Shown: one piece after another, positions 57,756 to 64,000 of the stretch | Position numbering within the stretch: the stretch's first letter is position 1 | Layout of the letters: the number at the start of each line of letters is the position of its first letter | Translations under genes and position numbers: made by a program | DNA from: Eledone cirrhosa | Lineage: Eukaryota | Assembly (NCBI GenBank): GCA_964016885.1 | Contig: OZ024748.1 | Location: 38,626,001 to 38,690,000 of the forward strand | Direction: 5' to 3' | Length of the DNA: 64,000 bases | Notes under the pieces: generated by a model | What the model was told of the DNA's origin: nothing | The model's database searches: none | Seen by the model: the letters and a program-made list of their open reading frames with translations, nothing else

Positions 57756-58183
57756 ATACCCATCTTCCGGCTTCTCTAGAGAATCGTAAAAGCACATATC
57801 GTTATATGCTTTTTCTATGAAAATTAGTAGTGGGCAGACCAATTTGCATAGAACGTGAGTCATTGTACGCACCGGTTCAGCGGAAACGATCAAAACAAAT
57901 AACGAAACGAAATTAAATTTCGTTTCGCTTCTAACTCACTTTTGTATGACTGACGCTTAAACAATTAAGTTAAAAGTGTACATCTACATATGTATACTGA
58001 AATACTAGTATGCATATAAATACACACATGTATACATATGTACATGTACTGAGTTTTTCACTGGACACTTTACTGTGAGTGTCCAGCTAGTCTGTATGTA
58101 ACCAAACAGACAAACCGGGTTTTAGAGTCATACAGGTTTTCAAGGAAACACATTTCCTCTATTCTCCAGAGAGCCAGACAGGA

Positions 58184-58226
58184 ATATTGGACTAGTTTCG
58201 ATGTTATTACATCTCATCAGCAATAT
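58184..58226 (-). ncRNA. Minimal type I hammerhead ribozyme, family A
   Basis: Identical to 57713-57755. Confidence 0.93.
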
Positions 58227-58659
58227 ATACCCATCTTCTGGCTCTCTGGAGAATAGAGGAAATGTGTTTCCTTGAAAACCTGTATGACTCTAAAACCCGG
58301 TTTGTCTGTTTGGTTACATACAGACTAGCTGGACACTCACAGCAAAGTGTCCAGTGAAAAACTCAGTACATGTACATATGTATACATGTGTGTATTTATA
58401 TGCATACTAGTATTTCAGTATACATATGTAGATGTACACTTTTAACTTAATTGTTTAAGCGTCAGTCATACAAAAGTGAGTTAGAAGCGAAACGAAATTT
58501 AATTTCGTTTCTTTATTTGTTTTTATCGTTTCCGCTGAACCGGTGCGTACAATGACTCACGTTCTATGCAAATTGGTCTGCCCACTACTAATTTTCATAG
58601 AAAAAGCATATAACGATATGTGCTTTTACGATTCTCTAGAGAAGCCGGAAGATGGGTAT

Positions 58660-58702
58660 ATATTACTGATGAGATGTAATAACATCGAAACTAGTCCAAT
58701 AT
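58660..58702 (+). ncRNA. Minimal type I hammerhead ribozyme, family A (one stem I mismatch)
   Basis: ATATTA-CTGATGA-GATGT aata ACATC-GAAA-CTAG-TC-CAATAT. Confidence 0.85.
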
Positions 58703-58989
58703 TCCTGTCTGGCTCTCTGGAGAATAGAGGAAATGTGTTTCCTTGAAAACCTGTATGACTCTAAAACCCGGTTTGTCTGTTTGGTTACATACAGACTAGC
58801 TGGACACTCACAGTAAAATGTCCAGTGAAAAACTCAGTACATGTACATATGTATACATGTGTGTATTTATATGCATACTAGTATTTCAGTATACATATGT
58901 AGATGTACACTTTTAACTTAATTGTTTAAGCGTCAGTCATACAAAAGTGAGTTAGAAGCGAAACGAAATTTAATTTCGTTTCGTTATTT

Positions 58990-59043
<54 letters not shown>

Positions 59044-59069
59044 TTTAGTACAGCATAGACGAAGCTTTA

Positions 59070-59102
<33 letters not shown>

Positions 59103-59106
<4 letters not shown>

Positions 59107-59483
59107 AAGGTTATATTTAATTTGTTGAACTTAAAAGTTTTATAACTGATATAAAGCATTCAACAGTTTAGTGGAGTAAATATTCATTATATTAATAAAT
59201 GGAAACTATATTTATAAAACCATAATTATTTTATTATATATATTTCAAGGGCAACCAAGGCAAATTTTGGTGCGCTTTCATCGGATAAAATACAAAATTC
59301 GTTTTATAAATGTTGACATACCCGCAGAAGAACAATCTTGACGGTTGGAGGTTCGCTGGATAGTGGAAACATTTTTTATTGAGGATGATTCAAAGTTATG
59401 TGTGAGTATGCAAATGAATGTCCGAAAAAATTGAAAAACAACGGTTTATTTAAATTATACTGTTGGAAGAAGAGAGAGATAAG

Positions 59484-59485
<2 letters not shown>
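59103..59485 (-). mobile_element. Family C element with HHR (59228-59291, CCGATGA variant) and octamer (59408-59415)
   Basis: Stem I ATTTTAT/ATAAAAT. (TA)n on both sides. Confidence 0.78.
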
Positions 59486-59536
<51 letters not shown>

Positions 59537-60614
59537 ATAAATGTAACGAAGATCGCTGGTATAAAGGCTGCGCGTTGGTATAATATTAATAAGAAATGGA
59601 ATAAATGTTATTATAGTTTATTTTGTTGATAGCACACGAGGAGTTGCTAATTGTTATAGCGAGAAATGTAACGTTTGTTAAGTGAGAGAGGCAATGTTAG
59701 CCATAAAGTGACTGTTTGTTGAAGTAAAAGTATGTTTGTATTAAAGATGGATGTAAGAAGTAGTTGTAGTTCGGTTGTAAGTCCTGTAGCCACGAAAGAA
59801 GTACATCTGTTGCTGTAGTGATAAGAACTCTGGGAAAGGATTTTTTCATATCACATTTAAAGGCTATGGCTAAGGTAAACATATTACAAGACCTTATAAT
59901 ATTTTACATTATTTATTTACAACCGAAACGATTACAAATTAGTTTTGGGTTGACATATCAAACAAAACAACAAACAAAATTAAGAGTTAAGAAATAACGA
60001 AAGGTGCTGTGCCTGGCCGCATGAGGGCCGGTATTTCTTGATTATCGTTACATGTTGGCGAGTTGTTGACACTGGTAAGAAAATGGATGATGGTCTCTCG
60101 GCGTCAAGGCGGCAACTGTATTGTGAAAGCCAAAGAAGCGGGAAAATCTCTGCCTGGACGGAAATTGAAATATACATTCGTGCTCGGCATACGATTGGTC
60201 TGACTTTAGCCAAATCACGCCATGCAAGTAGCTCCGCTACACATATAGTAAAAGTAACGAAGACAGCTGCTATAAATTCAGCATCCTCCGGCCAGCGTCT
60301 AGCTACTTAATCTAGCTAATTGCAGTAAATATGTTGAATAAGATCAGAATTAACTGATCCTCCTGTATTTTACCAAAAGCCAGGAACTGTTCACCACTCT
60401 CTCGTACTTTGTCTTCCTTTGAGCTGTGTTTAAACTTTTAGATTTATTTCTTGGTTATGAGTTCAAGTTTTGTTGATCAGATATGAAATATTTGATCGTT
60501 GATTTGGTGAAATGGACGTTGTTAATATATTGTGTTAAAAGTTATACTTTGTACATGAATATTAGGATTTGTGTGATGAGAGTTGGTTAGTTTACCTTTG
60601 TGGTATTCCTGTGA

Positions 60615-60797
60615 ATTGGCAGTATCGGTAGAGGGTTGGACGCCATGCTTTCTAGCATGGTTACGTCCCTTTACGGTCTGAGTTCAAATCCCACCGAGGT
60701 TAACTTTGCCTTTCATCCTAACGGGTCGATAAAATAAAGTACCAGTAATGTACTGGGTAATTGCTGGCCTTGTGCCTAAAGTAAAAACAATTATTAT
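60615..60797 (+). mobile_element. tRNA-SINE
   Basis: Full copy. Confidence 0.9.
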
Positions 60798-60881
60798 TGT
60801 GTTATTGGGTGGGGTTGCGAGAGAATATATATATAGTGTATGTGTATACTTATGTGTACGTATATATATATTGCCTGTCTA

Positions 60882-60928
<47 letters not shown>

Positions 60929-61033
60929 GGTGTGAAACCGGGGAGACCAATAATCATGGGAGTACTCAATGCTGGAAAAGGTTTCCTGGACAGGCAAGCC
61001 GAAACAACTTGGCGCCGTAGACGGGATTTTACA

Positions 61034-61120
<87 letters not shown>

Positions 61121-61528
61121 TTATATATATATATATATACACAAAGATGTATTCTTGTATGTATATATATATATATATTTATACATACATACAGATCTGT
61201 GTTGTTGCATATGTATATACATACCTCGCTACGTACAGATGTATATATGTTGTTGCACGTCTGTATATAATTTGTAGATAAATGTTTCAGTTCCAATCCA
61301 CTTGGTCCCCGAAAATATGTTGATGGCTGTGATGAGCCAATAATTGTCTGTTATGTGAATACAATGTGAACAATGTAAGAATGTGACCTACATAATACGT
61401 TGCAGCTGTTGACAACATCTCTCACTTCCAATAAGGTATGAACAAACCCCGACAAAACTACTCCGACATTACACATCATTGACAGAACAACACACATGGC
61501 GCGACGACTCTAGTGCTCTTATTAAGTG

Positions 61529-61567
<39 letters not shown>

Positions 61568-61635
61568 GTAGACTATGGACGGTATCCATGCAGTGAACAT
61601 CTTCGAACAACGAAGAGGATTGGCGGAATGTTCCA

Positions 61636-61764
<129 letters not shown>

Positions 61765-61823
61765 TTTGCGTGTTGGTTTACTTGTGTCTATGTATGATTG
61801 TATGTCTGCCTATATATTTGTAA

Positions 61824-61861
<38 letters not shown>

Positions 61862-62979
61862 TCACGCCGTCGAAATAATGCGAGAATTAATAGATTTTAG
61901 CTGAGACAGCAAGTATTTCAGACAAGATAATAAAATCAACCTACATACCACATCTAATTTACCCACCACTGGTTGTTTGTGTATTTGTTTAGGGGTTTCC
62001 AATGATATTGGAGGGGTTGTTTTGTTGTTTTAGGGGTTACCTCTATTGACACTTTCATTTCTACAAACATGTTTGTCTGTTGATATTTCTATTGTTGTTT
62101 AGGTCCCATGTCAACTCTAATTTACCAGAACTATGATCAAAGACTTTCTAGTGAAGACCACCAGGATTTTGTTTGGGGGGAGTGATGGGGGGGGGGGGTG
62201 TAGGATGTATTTAGGACTACATTATCGAATTTCTGTGATTTAAGGGATGCTGGGTTGCTATTTCTAGCATATGGTATGACCATGTAAAATATCCTCATCA
62301 ACTTGTCCAAAATGTTTGTTTCATGCCATTGCCCTACATGACTATTTTATAGAAAGAAATAAGCAGTTATTTTCACTTAAAAAGTGGTCACCATTTAGCA
62401 AGATCTTATATTTCAACATGTTTCTCAGAAAATTAATTCTCAAACTGATAACGTAAATGTTTTTAATTAAACATACGGTATATTGCCAAATATACTATAC
62501 ATACATTCATGTATACATCGCTATTCCTTTAAAACTGATAGCGTATGGTCTTCTAAATGTTTTTAATTACTTCTCAATTATTTTTATATAACGCCAATGG
62601 CTTTTCATGAGATTGTGAGATTTTGTATATTGACTCCGGTTAAAATAGGTTTTCCTCGTTGCCTCCATATTAATTGCTCTGTTGTCCTCAGCCTCCGAGA
62701 AGTTAGTCTTCGTCGCTAGCTGTACCTCATCTACATTATATGTTGTGACAGGATTTAGGAGATGTAGACCAGTGGATAATAATTGTAATTAGAGAGCAAA
62801 GGCCGAAGGTCGGTCAGTTCCTAATTATATTAATTTAGTCGAACGAGGCAGAAACTTTCTATGAGAAGAATTAATTCAAGATTTAACTTATTTTGGAAGT
62901 AGGGTTTGTGATAGTGTCTAACACTTCTCATGAATTAATTAAATTATAAATTTATAAATCACTGTAATTAAATGCTCCA

Positions 62980-63548
62980 GTCAGCTCATGACTTATAGTA
63001 GAGAGAAGTGGAGAAGGTACGATTAAGTTTTAATCAAAAATTAAAAACGAAATTTTTATGGATCCGTTCTAAGTATATTGGGGAAGGCCGTTATCTCTAT
63101 ATAATCTAAAAATAGGATATTTAATTTTTGGTTGAAGAATAAAAATAATCCATTAAGGTCACTAACACCGGTAGATTTGTAAGGATGGGGTTAAATGGAG
63201 GCTATATAAACAATATATGACTTCCTAGATTGTAAGGTTATGTATAATTCCTCGCTAATGTTGGAGATGGTTCTCATACGGTCTAAGACTTTAATAAGAA
63301 ATAGATTGGTAATCGATGTATATAAATAGTCTTTGATATTGAATGACAAGAATCTGGAGTTATGTTTATCAGGAAGTACATTAAACCACCTATTGATCGT
63401 GTATTATACCATAGTCTTTTAAAGGAAGTCTCCTTATATGTAGATAGCGATTTATCTAGAATATATTTGATGAGATTGTTCTATGCTAGATTTCAATTAA
63501 GGTTATTTTTCTGCTCCTAAAAACTGATGTTTAGGGTTGAGTTGTATA
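62980..63548 (-). pseudogene. Highly decayed PLE-type reverse transcriptase relic
   Basis: Colinear remnants INRWFN, LSFNIKDYLYTSIT (cf. FDIKxFYPSI), VSDLNGLFL, LYRDNGL (cf. YRDDGL). Confidence 0.55.
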
Positions 63549-64000
63549 TTTAGAAGGGAGATAATCCTGTATCTGTGGACATTAATGTTGACTATGTCTG
63601 ATCTGTGGTCTACATTTAGAAGGGAGATAATCCTGTATATGTGGTTATTGATGTGGGGTAGGTCTGATCTATGGTCTACATTTAGAAGGGAGATAATCCT
63701 GTATCTGTGGATATTGATGTGGGGTAGGTCTGATCTGTGGTCTACATTTAGAGGGGAGATAATCCTGTATCTGTGGACATTAATGTTGACTATGTCTGAT
63801 CTGTGGTCTACATTTAGAAGGGAGATAATCCTGTATATGTGGTTATTGATGTGGGGTAGGTCTGATCTATGGTCTACATTTAGAAGGGAGATAATCCTGT
63901 ATCTGTGGATATTAATGTTGACTAGGTCTGATCTGTGGTCTACATTTAGAAGGGAGATAATCCTGTATCTGTGGACATTAATGTTGACTATGTCCTATCT
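63549..64000. repeat. 66-bp tandem repeat with a 198-bp higher-order period
   Basis: Units start at 63549, 63615, 63681, 63747, 63813, 63879 and 63945, in variant order A-B-C-A-B-D-A. Confidence 0.93.

Larger units (their letters stand above)
57492..58993. mobile_element. Retrozyme-like family A: 471-bp monomer, ~1.6 units (minus) head-to-head with ~1.6 units (plus), in (TA)n
   Basis: Period 57492 to 57963. Inversion junction at ~58240. Three HHRs. Confidence 0.9.

Noticed and set aside
60925-61035. Hairpin plus GAAAC insert between (GA)n and (TC)n
   Set aside because: No CUGANGA core. Single copy in the window.

Overview
AT-rich, microsatellite-dense eukaryotic DNA that is almost entirely repeat-derived. 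The repeat landscape suggests a coleoid cephalopod such as an octopus; this is inference, not verified. Nearly all listed ORFs are translations of simple repeats. Real coding remnants: a full-length but dead Tx1/L1-clade LINE plus two truncated copies, two R4-clade LINE fragments, a Penelope-like (PLE) GIY-YIG fragment, an old PLE RT relic, a Helitron Rep/Hel pseudogene with an intron, and one possible host Ig-domain exon. About 15 copies of a tRNA-derived SINE and several satellites are also present. The main discovery is a dense population of short non-coding elements, most inserted in (TA)n tracts, that carry type I hammerhead ribozyme (HHR) motifs. I found about 19 complete motifs from about 10 families by eye, plus a family that keeps only the 3' half of an HHR. 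Two related families are 471-bp and 430-bp tandem monomers (retrozyme-like). Three families carry an octamer upstream of the HHR. Most loci are head-to-head fold-backs, and many junctions fall at or just upstream of the HHR. All folding and alignment was done by eye, and coordinates next to microsatellites are approximate.
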